A stretch of DNA of 62,080 bases, counting the filler, from Candidatus Rokuibacteriota bacterium (GTDB lineage Bacteria; JAUVQV01; DATDCY01), in NCBI GenBank assembly GCA_031406795.1. It is 8 parts of 8 records of this genome, joined end to end, with 100 filler letters (N's around TTAATTAATTAA, not from the genome) between each part and the next. Parts side by side here need not be neighbours in the genome. Positions count along the whole stretch, not along the records: positions 48,778 to 52,700 come from JANOHV010000217.1; positions 52,801 to 56,337 come from JANOHV010000012.1; positions 56,438 to 62,080 come from JANOHV010000119.1; 5 more parts are not named here. The stretch is one strand, 5' to 3'. Shown here piece after piece: positions 51,064 through 61,418 of this stretch; the stretch's first letter is position 1; every line of letters begins with the position of its first letter. The position numbers were made by a program, and so were the translations under genes. The notes below the pieces were generated by a model, which was given only the letters and a program-made list of their open reading frames with translations, was not told the DNA's origin and searched no databases.

Positions 51064-52700
51064 CCCCCGACGCCGTGCCGGTCGATGCCCGCACCGTCCT
51101 CGCGATCGTCCTCGCGGCGGCGGCCGTCCTGGCCGGCCTTCGCGCTCCGTCCTTTCCGCCGGGCCGCCGGGCCGCCCGCTGGCTGCTCCGCCTCGTCGCC
51201 GCGACCGCGTTGGCGGCCGTCGCGATGTACGCCGCGCCCGTGCGCGGCCCCGAGATGCCGCTTCGAGTGATCGTCCTCGAAGAGCATGGCCCGCAGGGGG
51301 CGCCGACTCCGGCGATCGTCCCGGAGATCGAGCAGGCGCTCCGCCGCGCGTCGCCGCTCGCGCGGATCGAGGTGCGCCCCTTCTCGAGCGCCACCGCGCC
51401 CGCACCCGCCGTCCCCAACCTCCCCGAGGCCCTCGGCGCGGCACTCGCGCGGCACTCCCCCGGCGCGCGCACGGTCGTGCTGATCGCGGGACGCGCGGCC
51501 GCCCGCGACACGGACGCTCTGCTCGGGCAGGCCGTCGCGCTGGGCCGCGCAGGAGTACCGGTGCTGGCGCTCGCGCCCCCCGCCGACCAGGCCGACCCGG
51601 CGATCCGGCAGGCGCTGTCGGCGCCGCGCCGGGTCTTTCCGGGGGAACGCTACGACGTCCGGCTCCTGGCGACCGCGGGGCGCTCCGGCCCGGTCAGCGT
51701 CGAACTCTTCCGCGGCGACGCCCTCGAGCAGAGCCGCGCCGTGAGCCTCGCCGCCGGGGTGGAGCAGGAGGCGACGTTCGCCCAGACGGCCCCCGCCTCG
51801 GGGCCGCTGCGCTACCGCACCCTGCTGCGGGGCGAAGACGGCGCCGCGATCCCCGGCGGGGAGCGCCTCGTTGCGGTCGAGGTCGCCCCGCCGCTCGCGG
51901 TGGCGTACGTGACGGCATCGCCGTCCGACGCGGGGCCGCTGCCCGGCCTGCTCGAGCGCGCCGGGATGCGGGTCCGCGTGCTGGGCCCGGAGGAGTGGCT
52001 GCGTGGGGCCGACGGCCCGCCCGGCGTGATCGTCCTCGACGACGTCCCGGTGGAGGCGCTCGGCGAGGAGGGGATGGAGCGGCTCGAGCGGCTCGTCCGG
52101 GGCGGCCCCGCCGGGCTGCTCGTCGTCGGCGGGACGCGCGGCCTCGGCTCCGGGGAGTACCGCGACACGCTGCTCGAGCGCGTCCTCCCCGTCACCGCCG
52201 GCCCGCCCCCGGGGGGACCGGACGCGGACGTCGGGCTCGCGATCGTGCTCGACACCTCGCTTTCGATGTATTTTCGCAGTCGCGGGGCAGGGGACGCCAG
52301 CGGGAGCCCGCGCAAGATCGAGGTCGCCCGGCTCGCAATCCTCGAAGTCGTGCGGGCCCTGCGCCCGAACGACCGGATCGGACTGCTGGCCAGCGCGGAT
52401 CGACTGACCTGGATCCGGCGGCCGGCGCTGCTCGACGACCGGGAGGCGTTCGAGGCCCGCGTCATGTCGGTCCACGCGATCGGGGGCGGGATCAACTTCT
52501 ACTCCTCGATCCGGGAAGCCGCCGCGGCGCTCAGGGAGGTGCCGACCCGGCTGCGCCACGTGATGGTGGTCGCGGACTCCGACGACATCGACCAGATCGA
52601 GGTCCAGGACGAGGGCCGCAGCGAAGAACTGGTCCGCGCGCTGGCGGAGCAGGGGGTCACGCTGTCGATCTTCGCGATCGGCTACCCGAGCGACAAGGAC
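51060..52700 (+). CDS. Membrane-anchored vWA protein with glutamine-amidotransferase-like domain (3' truncated)
   Basis: Two N-terminal TM, VIVLDDVP, GLLVVGG..LGSGEY..TLLERVLPV, IVLDTSLSM MIDAS. Confidence 0.78.
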
Positions 52701-52800
52701 NNNNNNNNNNNNNNNNNNNNNNNNNNNNNNNNNNNNNNNNNNNNTTAATTAATTAANNNNNNNNNNNNNNNNNNNNNNNNNNNNNNNNNNNNNNNNNNNN
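52701..52800. other. Artificial contig-joining spacer
   Basis: N-run + TTAATTAATTAA + N-run, 100 nt. Confidence 0.98.
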
Positions 52801-54537
52801 GCTCCGCCTTCGACCGGCCTCGACGGTGCGCGGCACACCAAGCACGACGCCAGCCTCTGGGTGCCGAACGACTGCGGCAACTGCCACGCGGCGCAGAGCA
52901 ACAAGACCTCGATGGCCACCTACACGACCCACATCAACGGCACCGTGAACATGGGCGGCACCTCGACCGTCGCCTACCTCGGCGGCGGCGACTGCACCAA
53001 CGCCTGCCACGACGTGATCCCGGCGTCGGCCGGCGACTGGCTCGACGTAGCCGTCCTGGCCTGCGCCGACTGCCACAGCGGCGCGTACATCGGCACTGCG
53101 CCGACCTCGGGGCTGCACGGTCCGATGACCAACGCGATGGCGCACGACGTCCAGTTCAAGCTGACGCCGGTCGAAGTGCTGCCGGGGACGGCGACCTGCA
53201 CGCACTGCCACACGGCGGCCGGCCCATCCAACACCCATCTGACGGGTCCGAACCTCGCTGCGCCCCAGACTTCCGTACAGACCACCTACAGCTGGGTGGC
53301 TGCAAACGTCGTCACCTACGTGCAGGCGACGGGCTGCCAGGCGACCTGCCACACCGACTACAAGCTCACCGACGCGGCCGGTCTCTGGCGGCGCAAGTGG
53401 ATGAGCGTCACCGACGCGGTCCCGGGTGCCGCCAACAGCGCCGGCGACCCGGTCTGCGACAACTGCCACGGCGACTTCAGCGGCTGGCGCTGGAACGAGG
53501 CCAACGCCTCGACCACCGACCACACCGACCCCACGGCGCTGAACCCCGGCGGTAACGCGATGGGCGTCGATCCCTCCCACATCGACTGCCAGACCTGCCA
53601 CGGCTGGGGCAAAGCGGCCTACAACAAAACCTGGGGCGGTGCCGCTCCGGGCCACGGCGATGGTTCGATCACGATGAACGGGCCGCAGCCCACGACCGGT
53701 GCCGGTTACATCGACTCGGGCACCGACCAGGGCGGCTGCGCCAAGGCCTGCCACCTCCCGACCTGGGTGATGAACACCAACAGCGGCTGGAACGCCAACT
53801 ACGGCGACTTCGGCGGCGGCACCTGCGAGGGCTGCCACAACGTCGTGACGCCCGGACGCAGCGGGGCTGGCGCCTGGGCGCCGAACGTGATGGGCGACGG
53901 GAACAGCGCGAACGGGACCGGAGGCACGCCCAGGCCCTACGACAACGGCGTGTGGGGCTACAACGTGAACGGCCACGGCGCCAACGGCACGGCGTCGGTG
54001 ACGTCCGACACCGACTTCGGGCCCGGAGTCAGCATCCTTGCCCCGAACCTGGCGTGCTCTGCCTGCCACGCGCTGCAGTCGCACCACTTCGACGGCGTGC
54101 TCGACGGCGGCGCCGCCGGGGGCGCGGGGACCCGCTACCTGAACACCTACCACCTGCGCACCGACCTGACCTACCCCTACGTCAAGGCCGGCGACCCGGA
54201 CACCTCCGCGGTCCAACTCTCGTTCGACGACGCCTGCTACCGCAACTGCCACGAGGGGATCGGCATGGCCCGCGGAACGCACGGGTCGAACCCGACCGCC
54301 GGTGTGGTCCAGTTCGGCCGCATCGCTAACGTCATCAGCGACGGCGAGCCTCTGACCTGGCCGGTCGACAGCGACATCACGACGCGGGCCGGGACCGCCG
54401 GCACCGACTACGCGCCCTGTTCGACCTGCCACAGCGCGCACGGCACGAACACCGTCGAGTCGACGCTGCCGTCGAACCGGATGCTGCGGGTGAAATTTTA
54501 TTCGACGAATGACCTGTGCGATACCTGCCACTATTGA
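52801..54537 (+). CDS. Large multiheme c-type cytochrome, 5' truncated
   Basis: 9 CxxCH plus 4 CxxxCH (CTNACH, CQATCH, CAKACH, CYRNCH) in the visible part; G/T/N-rich. Confidence 0.92.
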   Translation, partial: APPSTGLDGARHTKHDASLWVPNDCGNCHAAQSNKTSMATYTTHINGTVNMGGTSTVAYLGGGDCTNACHDVIPASAGDWLDVAVLACADCHSGAYIGTAPTSGLHGPMTNAMAHDVQFKLTPVEVLPGTATCTHCHTAAGPSNTHLTGPNLAAPQTSVQTTYSWVAANVVTYVQATGCQATCHTDYKLTDAAGLWRRKWMSVTDAVPGAANSAGDPVCDNCHGDFSGWRWNEANASTTDHTDPTALNPGGNAMGVDPSHIDCQTCHGWGKAAYNKTWGGAAPGHGDGSITMNGPQPTTGAGYIDSGTDQGGCAKACHLPTWVMNTNSGWNANYGDFGGGTCEGCHNVVTPGRSGAGAWAPNVMGDGNSANGTGGTPRPYDNGVWGYNVNGHGANGTASVTSDTDFGPGVSILAPNLACSACHALQSHHFDGVLDGGAAGGAGTRYLNTYHLRTDLTYPYVKAGDPDTSAVQLSFDDACYRNCHEGIGMARGTHGSNPTAGVVQFGRIANVISDGEPLTWPVDSDITTRAGTAGTDYAPCSTCHSAHGTNTVESTLPSNRMLRVKFYSTNDLCDTCHY

Positions 54538-55283
54538 TGAAGAACTCCCGGCGTTTTGTGCCGCGGTTCCCCATCCTCGCGGCAGCGATCGCGGTCGCGG
54601 CGCTGTTGGGCGTCGGGCGTCTCGACGCCCAGGTGCCGGCCCCGCAGCCTGATTCCGCAGAGAAGCCGAAGGGTGACGCGGAGATCACCGTGGCGACCGC
54701 CGACGGCAGGAAATTCGCGACCTGCACCGTCTACGCCCGCAACCGCTCTTTCCAGCTGGCCACGGCGGACGAGAAGAGCCTCGCGACGGGGCTCCCCGCG
54801 GAGGAGCGCATCGCTTTCACCGCCGACGCCCGGGTCGGGGACGGCGAATCCGCGGTGCGGTACGTCGGGACGGCGGAGGCGAGCGTGGATGTCGGCAAGA
54901 TCAAGAAAGTGAAGATCACGTTGAAACCGATCAAGGACATCGACAGCTACTGCCGGGAGTGCCACCCGACGAAGGGGCAAAAGATCACGCGGGGGCAGAT
55001 CATGCGCGACCTCCACGTCTCCGGGAAACCACTCGAAGGGCGCTACCTCGATCAGGTCAAGGCCCGGAACGCCAAGGTCGAGCAGCTCCGCAGGGAGGGC
55101 AAGCCGGCGGACGAGCCGATTCTCCTCGAGGAACGGATCGTCAAGGTGGCCGGGAAAGGCGTCAAGAAGCAGTTCTACACCTGCGAGAGTTGCCACACGC
55201 TCCACCTCGTCACGCCGTTCAGAAAGTACGCCCGGGCGGAGTACAGCAGCAAAAGCGACCTTTGCCTCGGGTGCCACTATTGA
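54537..55283 (+). CDS. Exported triheme c-type cytochrome
   Basis: Signal peptide; CRECH, CESCH, CLGCH; TGATG coupling to the upstream gene. Confidence 0.85.
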   Translation: MKNSRRFVPRFPILAAAIAVAALLGVGRLDAQVPAPQPDSAEKPKGDAEITVATADGRKFATCTVYARNRSFQLATADEKSLATGLPAEERIAFTADARVGDGESAVRYVGTAEASVDVGKIKKVKITLKPIKDIDSYCRECHPTKGQKITRGQIMRDLHVSGKPLEGRYLDQVKARNAKVEQLRREGKPADEPILLEERIVKVAGKGVKKQFYTCESCHTLHLVTPFRKYARAEYSSKSDLCLGCHY

Positions 55284-55693
55284 TTGGAGTCATTGAAGGT
55301 GATCCCGCTCGAAAAGACGGTCGTGCAAAAGGACGAAAAGGCGCGAGTCCGGGCCTTGTGCGCGACCGTCGGAACAGCCGCTCGGCACCGAGCAGATAAC
55401 GATATGATATGATACAAAAATGTAGTACTGTCGCAGGCTTCTGGCGCCCGAGAAGCCGGTGGGCGGAGAACGGTTGGTGTAACCCATCCCGCAGCGGTGC
55501 GTATAAAAACGGTATATGCGGCAGTTTCGGCAGCGAAGATGGCGAATGAGGGTCCATGTGGCCGACACTGCGATCATAGTGAGATATTTTCAGCGGTTCG
55601 GGCCCGAGAGGGGATCAGCGCGGGTGGAAATATTGGCAACAGCGGGATTCCGATGCGAATCACGGTGACAGGATCAGTCGGAGGGGCTGGGTC

Positions 55694-56337
55694 GTGAGCG
55701 ATGGATATGACAGGGGAAGCGCTCGAGTGTCTTGGGTGTTGAGGTCGGTCCACGGTGCCACGGCCGGAGCCGCGGCTGCCCTGCTCGCGGTCGCTTTGCT
55801 GATGTCGCCGGTGCTATTGTTCGCGGCACACAACAACCCGACCGCGTCCGAGGACGGCAGCCTCTGCTCCAATTGCCACAACATGAGTTCGAAACCCGGC
55901 GCGGTGGAAACGGGGACGTCCTTCCTGATCGCGAACTCCCGTGCGCTCTGGGACATCAGGGACGCGAACGGCGGCAGCGCCCCGATCGCGATCGGCTGCG
56001 TCTACTGCCACTTCAACAACAGCGGCACCACGATGAAGGGCGTCGTCAACCACTGGACGGCGTCCTCCCGACACCCGATGGGCGAGACCTTCGACGGCTC
56101 GTTCACCAACCACACCGACACCAAGAACGAGTGGAAGTCTAACTACCTCGGCGACACCAGCGCCGCGAGCGGCGAGCTGGACTGCGTTGACTGCCACGCG
56201 CAGGCCCTGGTAGACGACCCGGCCAACGGGGACCACACCACGCACGTGCCCCGCGCGACCCGCGTCACGGCCGGGAACCTCCACATGCTGATCGGCGTTA
56301 CCGCCGCGGGCCAGTACGATGGCTTCTGCCGCACCTG
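55694..56337 (+). CDS. Multiheme c-type cytochrome, N-terminal part (3' truncated)
   Basis: Hydrophobic leader; CSNCH, CVYCH, CVDCH, fourth motif cut at FCRT; start uncertain. Confidence 0.85.
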
Positions 56338-56437
56338 NNNNNNNNNNNNNNNNNNNNNNNNNNNNNNNNNNNNNNNNNNNNTTAATTAATTAANNNNNNN
56401 NNNNNNNNNNNNNNNNNNNNNNNNNNNNNNNNNNNNN
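56338..56437. other. Artificial contig-joining spacer
   Basis: N-run + TTAATTAATTAA + N-run, 100 nt. Confidence 0.98.
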
Positions 56438-56731
56438 GTCGGCGGAAACGACGGCACGCTGGCGCTCAGCTGGCCGGCCGTCGCCCCGGAGTCGGGGCTC
56501 TGCGTGCCGGCGCGGATCAGGATCGACGTCCGGAACCATTTCGTGTATGTGCTGGATTCCGGCAACGACCTGCTCATGCTCTATAGCGAGGACGGGATGT
56601 ACCGCTGGGCGCTGCGCGGAGCGGACCGGCCGTTCTCAAAGCCGCTCGGGGTCGCGGTGGATGACGAAGGCGAAGAGTTCCTGATCGCCGATACGGAGAA
56701 CAACTTCGTGCAGAAGTTCACCCTGCGCTGA
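56438..56731 (+). CDS. NHL-repeat beta-propeller protein C-terminus, 5' truncated
   Basis: VYVLDSGND, FSKPLGVAVD, IADTENNFVQKF. Confidence 0.8.
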   Translation, partial: VGGNDGTLALSWPAVAPESGLCVPARIRIDVRNHFVYVLDSGNDLLMLYSEDGMYRWALRGADRPFSKPLGVAVDDEGEEFLIADTENNFVQKFTLR

Positions 56732-56785
56732 GCGGTGGCCTGTCCACGCGGGCCCGAGGCCTCAGGACACTCCCAAGGAGGAACG

Positions 56786-57373
56786 ATGAACAAGGGATTC
56801 GGAATCGCTGCTGCTCTGCTCGGCGGGGTCTTCGGAGCGTTTCTCGCGGCTGCGCCGCCCGTTGAGGCTCAGGAGCAGACCTTCACTCCCATCCCGGTGA
56901 TCAAGGGCGTCAAGTCCATCGAGGTCGGGTTGCCGGCTCCCGATTTCACCGTGAAGGACCTGGACGGGAAGCCCTTCGTTTTCGGCGACGTGCGCACGAA
57001 GCGGGCCCATCTGCTGGTGTTCTGGTCCATCTTCTGCGAACCGTGCCGCGAGGAGATGCCGGTCATCCAGCGGATCTCCGACGAGTTCAAGGCCGCCGGT
57101 TTGCTCGACGTGCTTGCCGTGAACATGGACGGGGATCCGTTCATCGACGGCATCAAGGGCTTCCTCCGGCAGTACAAGTACAGCGTGCGGGTCATCCTCG
57201 ACGAACTCGACGCCAAGGGGGAGCAGTTCGCGATCGCGGATCCCTTTCAGGTCGCCGGCACGCCGGTGATCTACCTGGTCGACGCTGAAGGAAAGATCGC
57301 CGGGAGCCACCTCGGACGGATCGGCGAGGCCGATCTTCGGGCGATGATCACCCGAATGCTCGCGGCGAAGTAG
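56786..57373 (+). CDS. TlpA/ResA-family thiol-disulfide oxidoreductase
   Basis: Signal/TM, APDFTVKDLDG, FWSIFCEPCREEMP, GTPVIYLVD; AAGGAGG SD. Confidence 0.92.
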   Translation: MNKGFGIAAALLGGVFGAFLAAAPPVEAQEQTFTPIPVIKGVKSIEVGLPAPDFTVKDLDGKPFVFGDVRTKRAHLLVFWSIFCEPCREEMPVIQRISDEFKAAGLLDVLAVNMDGDPFIDGIKGFLRQYKYSVRVILDELDAKGEQFAIADPFQVAGTPVIYLVDAEGKIAGSHLGRIGEADLRAMITRMLAAK

Positions 57374-57382
57374 GCGTCCTCG

Positions 57383-59050
57383 ATGCCCTTGCCCAGCGCG
57401 CCGTTGCACCGGATGCGGGGAGGAGCCGCGCTCCTGGCCGCGGCGGCGTTGATCCTCGGCGTCCTCGCCCCGGCGAGCGCCGCGAAGATCGAGGAGGGGC
57501 AGAAGGCAGTCGGTATCAAGGGCACGGATTTTCTCACGGGCCTGCCGCTGAATCTCGAGCAGTCGCTCGGCAAGCGCGTGATCCTGCTGGATTTCGGCTC
57601 GATCTACTGCAGCTCCTGCATGGTCACCGTGCCGAACCTCATCAAGTTGCGGAAGAAGTACCCCGAAGAGAACCTGGCGATCTTCAACATCTACCTGGAT
57701 ATCTACAATCCCCAGCGCGTGATCAAGTTTTTCCGCGGCTTCGCCAAGGACATCAGCCTGAGCCTGCTCATCGACGATAAGCTGGCGATCAGCCGCGAGT
57801 ACGGCGTGGACACCCTGCCGACGACCGTGATCATCGATCGCGGCGGGATCGTCCGCCGACGGATCGTCGGCTACACCGAAGCCGACGAGAAGGAGATCGA
57901 TGCCGTCATCGAGAAGCTGGTCAACGAACTGCCGGTGACCGGAAGCGTGGGTGAGAAGCGCGGCGAGGAGCCCTTCACGGTCTTCGTCCCCGAGAGCTTC
58001 ACGAAAACCTCGCAGGACCGCGTCGCGCTGGTCGGTTACTCCGGCGGCGCCGGCGCCCAGGATGTTTCGCTGAAGCTCAACAACCTGCCCGAACGCACCG
58101 TCACCGCCAAGGACAACGTCTTTCACTTCCAGACCCCGCTCTCGCTGGCGATGAATCTGATCGAGATCAGGGGGCAGGGCGCCGAGGGCGCGAATCAGAG
58201 TCAGTCCCTCGTCCTCTTCCGCGAGACGCTGATCGGCGGCGACATCACCTCGGACTTGCCGGAATACAAGTTCCACCGCGACGAGGAGAAGAAGCCCTGC
58301 ACGAAGTGCCACAAGCTGGAGGTGCCGCTGCAGGACAAGTCCGGCATGGGCCAGAGCAACATCTGCGCGGCGTGCCACACCGCGCTGTCGAAGCGGATCT
58401 TCACCCACGGGCCGATCACCGTTGGCGGCTGCCTGCCCTGCCACGACTACCAGAGCTTCCCGAACAAGTACGAGCTGCGCGCGCAGGGCGCGGAATTGTG
58501 CTACTCCTGCCACGACCGGGTGCGCGAGCAGGTCGCCGGCGCCACGTTCATCCACGGCCCCGTCGCGGCGGGTTACTGCGTGGTCTGCCACGACCCCCAC
58601 GGCGCGAACGAGCGGTTTCTGCTGGTCAAGAAGGCGGACCGGCTGTGCGTGAGCTGCCACCAGGACATGCTCTCCGAGCTGGCGAAGCCCTTCCTGCATA
58701 AACCGATCGAACAGGGCAGCTGCACCGGGTGCCACGATCCGCACGGTTCGAAGGAGAGCAAGTTCCTGGTGCAGCCGCGGGCCACGCTGTGCGACCGCTG
58801 CCACGATTTCAGCGGCATTCGACATCTGCACAAGGTCGGCATCAAGGCCAAGACGGAGTTCCCCCCGGGGACCCCGGTGAGCGCGGAAGGCACGACGACC
58901 TGCTACACCTGTCACTTTTTTCATGCGTCGAATCAGGCCAAGCTCTGGCGCGGCACGCAGGAGCAGTGCGGTCTCGGCTGCCACGACGCGCCGGCGCCGG
59001 AGGGCGAAGCGTCCGGGGTTGAAGGCGTGACGGAGGGGAACCCACAGTGA
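57383..59050 (+). CDS. TlpA-like thioredoxin domain fused to a decaheme cytochrome c
   Basis: LLDFGSIYCSSC...LPTTVIID; beta-rich linker; 9 CxxCH plus CGLGCH with HGP/HDPHG repeats. Confidence 0.88.
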   Translation: MPLPSAPLHRMRGGAALLAAAALILGVLAPASAAKIEEGQKAVGIKGTDFLTGLPLNLEQSLGKRVILLDFGSIYCSSCMVTVPNLIKLRKKYPEENLAIFNIYLDIYNPQRVIKFFRGFAKDISLSLLIDDKLAISREYGVDTLPTTVIIDRGGIVRRRIVGYTEADEKEIDAVIEKLVNELPVTGSVGEKRGEEPFTVFVPESFTKTSQDRVALVGYSGGAGAQDVSLKLNNLPERTVTAKDNVFHFQTPLSLAMNLIEIRGQGAEGANQSQSLVLFRETLIGGDITSDLPEYKFHRDEEKKPCTKCHKLEVPLQDKSGMGQSNICAACHTALSKRIFTHGPITVGGCLPCHDYQSFPNKYELRAQGAELCYSCHDRVREQVAGATFIHGPVAAGYCVVCHDPHGANERFLLVKKADRLCVSCHQDMLSELAKPFLHKPIEQGSCTGCHDPHGSKESKFLVQPRATLCDRCHDFSGIRHLHKVGIKAKTEFPPGTPVSAEGTTTCYTCHFFHASNQAKLWRGTQEQCGLGCHDAPAPEGEASGVEGVTEGNPQ

Positions 59051-61377
59051 AAAACATCACGACCAGCCTCGGCTTTCGGCTCACGGTGGCCACCTATCTC
59101 GTCGTGGCGATCTTCATGAGCGTCGCCGGCATCACCGTTTACCGGGTCAGCAAGGACTCGATCAAGATGGGCGCCATGGCGATGGCCACGCGGATGGCCG
59201 AGGAGCTGGCGCTCGTTCCCGCGGCCCCGCCGGAGGAGCTCGGCGACCGGCTCCTGCGGGTCAAGGTGCGCAAGTCCGGGTCGACCTGGATCATGGACAA
59301 GGAGGGCAGCCTCCTGTACAATCCGGATCCGCTCTTCCGCGAGGAGTACATCGTCAAGAAGAAGAACTTCGGTAACGTCCAGGTGGTGCTGCAGGCGGCG
59401 TCGCCCCGTGCCTCGGGGCAGGGTTCGTTCAAGGAGAAGCTCGTCGACCTGCTGAAATACGAGGAGGGCTTCGGGACCTATCGCCAGTTCGGCGAGGAGC
59501 GCATTCTCGCGTTTCGCACCCTGCCGGGACGCGGTCTGCTGATCGGCGTCGACGAGCCGGTCTCCAGCGCAAACTCCGAACTCGAGCGCATCAAGAAATT
59601 CATCTCCTACACCGCGCTGGTGAGCGCGCTGCTGATCATGGCCTTCAACCTGCTCGCGATCCGGATTATCATCAAGCCGTACTATCGCGAAGTGGAGGAC
59701 CTGAACGCTAGTCTGCTGTACTCCAACAACCAACTCGAGGACCTCAACGCCAGGCTCGCCGTCTCCAACCGCAACCTGACGATGCTCTACGACGTCGGGC
59801 TCGGGCTGCGCCACAGTCTCGCGCTGAAGGACATCCTGGCGCTCATCGTCAACGGGGCCCACAAGGTCCTGGACGTCGATCGCATCGCGGTCTTCCTGCC
59901 GGCCGCGGACGGCAAGTCGCTCGAGCTGCGCTCGCTCGCCGGCGACACGCCGCCGGCGGGTACGGTGCTGGTCCCGTTGGGCTCCGCGGGCGGGGGGCTG
60001 GCCGTGGCGTTCCAGCGCAAGGAACTGGTGCGGCTCGACGATGAACAGAAGATTCCGCCGAGCCTGCGTCTCGGACCGCCGGCCTCGAGCGAACGGTTCC
60101 TGCGCTCGCGGGCGTTCGTCGCGGTGCCGCTCGTCGTGAAGGATCGCGCGGTCGGGGTGATCGCCGTCGACAACAAGGCGCGCCGCGGCCCGATCACCGA
60201 GGAACAGGTGAACCTGTTGGGCATCTTCGCCAACCAGGCCGCCGTTGCCGTCGACAACGCCCGTCTCTACGAGCAGCTGCGCCAGAAAATCACCGAGCTC
60301 GACGCGCGGGTCGACCAACTCTCGATTCTGCACCAGATCGGCAACTCGATGCAGCGGGACATCACCCGCCAGGAGGCGCTCGGTTTCATCCTGCGCGGCG
60401 TCCTCGAGGGGATCGGTTTTTCCCAGGTCGCCGTCTCGCTCGTCGATCGCGAGGCCGGCATGCTCCAGGGCGAACTGGGGCTCGGGATGGAGAGCGCCGA
60501 GGTCAAGGCGATCCGGGTGCCGCTCGCCGCGGAGCAGAACCTGCTGAGCATGGCCGCCGCCCGCAAGGCGCCGATCGGCATCGTTCACCTGGCCCACTCC
60601 GGCCTGGGCGCCCTGCTCGGCAGCCCGCTCGTGGAAGGTAGCTGGCGCGAGAGCGTCGGCAGCGAGATCCCCGGCGCCCGGGCCGCGGTCGTGGCCGTCC
60701 CGCTCATTGCGCGCGAGGAGGTGGTCGGCGTCATCGGCGTCGTGCGCACCGAGCCGCCGCTCATCCGCCGCCACGAGGTCGAACTGCTGCTGCTCTACGC
60801 GAACACCGCGGCCCTCACCGTCGAGCGGGCCGAACTCTACGCCCGCATGCACAAGAGCATGGAGAACCTCGAGATCACCGACCACGTCTCCCGCCTCTTC
60901 ACCCTGCAACACGGGCAGCAGAAGACGCGCGAGGAGATCGCCCGGTGCAGCGCGGCCGGTCTCTCCTTCGCGGGATTGATGATCGGCATCGATGCCTTCA
61001 AGAATTACAACGATCGGTTCGGTCACGAGCTCGGCGACCGCGCCCTCGCCGAAATCGCCGAGATGGTCAAGTCATCCCTGCGGGGCGGGGACATCGCCTT
61101 CCGCTACGGCGGCCGGCTGATCGCCGTCGCCTTGCCCGGGGCGTCGCGGGAGCAGGCCCTGATGATCGCCGACGCGATCAGGGAGCGCCTGCAGCGGCAT
61201 CGCTTCGCCGGTGCGGCGGGGCACTCCGATCAGGTGATCACCGTGAGCATCGGCCTCGCGGCCTGGGCCGTGGGGGCGAAGCCCCCCGCTGGAGCGGACC
61301 TGTTCAAGGACGTACTCGGCGGCCTGCACCGGGCGGAGTCCGAAGGCGGCAACCGGGTATCGGCGTTCGAAGGGTAG
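59047..61377 (+). CDS. Membrane sensor with two GAF domains and a degenerate GGDEF domain
   Basis: 2 TM flanking a Cache-like region; two GAF (VPL....[19 protein letters not shown]); [29 protein letters not shown]. Confidence 0.88.
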   Translation: MKNITTSLGFRLTVATYLVVAIFMSVAGITVYRVSKDSIKMGAMAMATRMAEELALVPAAPPEELGDRLLRVKVRKSGSTWIMDKEGSLLYNPDPLFREEYIVKKKNFGNVQVVLQAASPRASGQGSFKEKLVDLLKYEEGFGTYRQFGEERILAFRTLPGRGLLIGVDEPVSSANSELERIKKFISYTALVSALLIMAFNLLAIRIIIKPYYREVEDLNASLLYSNNQLEDLNARLAVSNRNLTMLYDVGLGLRHSLALKDILALIVNGAHKVLDVDRIAVFLPAADGKSLELRSLAGDTPPAGTVLVPLGSAGGGLAVAFQRKELVRLDDEQKIPPSLRLGPPASSERFLRSRAFVAVPLVVKDRAVGVIAVDNKARRGPITEEQVNLLGIFANQAAVAVDNARLYEQLRQKITELDARVDQLSILHQIGNSMQRDITRQEALGFILRGVLEGIGFSQVAVSLVDREAGMLQGELGLGMESAEVKAIRVPLAAEQNLLSMAAARKAPIGIVHLAHSGLGALLGSPLVEGSWRESVGSEIPGARAAVVAVPLIAREEVVGVIGVVRTEPPLIRRHEVELLLLYANTAALTVERAELYARMHKSMENLEITDHVSRLFTLQHGQQKTREEIARCSAAGLSFAGLMIGIDAFKNYNDRFGHELGDRALAEIAEMVKSSLRGGDIAFRYGGRLIAVALPGASREQALMIADAIRERLQRHRFAGAAGHSDQVITVSIGLAAWAVGAKPPAGADLFKDVLGGLHRAESEGGNRVSAFEG

Positions 61378-61418
61378 CGTGCCGCCGGCTCGAGCAGCCG
61401 GCACGGACGAGGAGAGTC

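Noticed and set aside
55284-55693. Possible cyclic-dinucleotide riboswitch upstream of a cytochrome gene
   Set aside because: Could not find the expected GEMM stems and conserved nucleotides by eye; needs an Infernal scan
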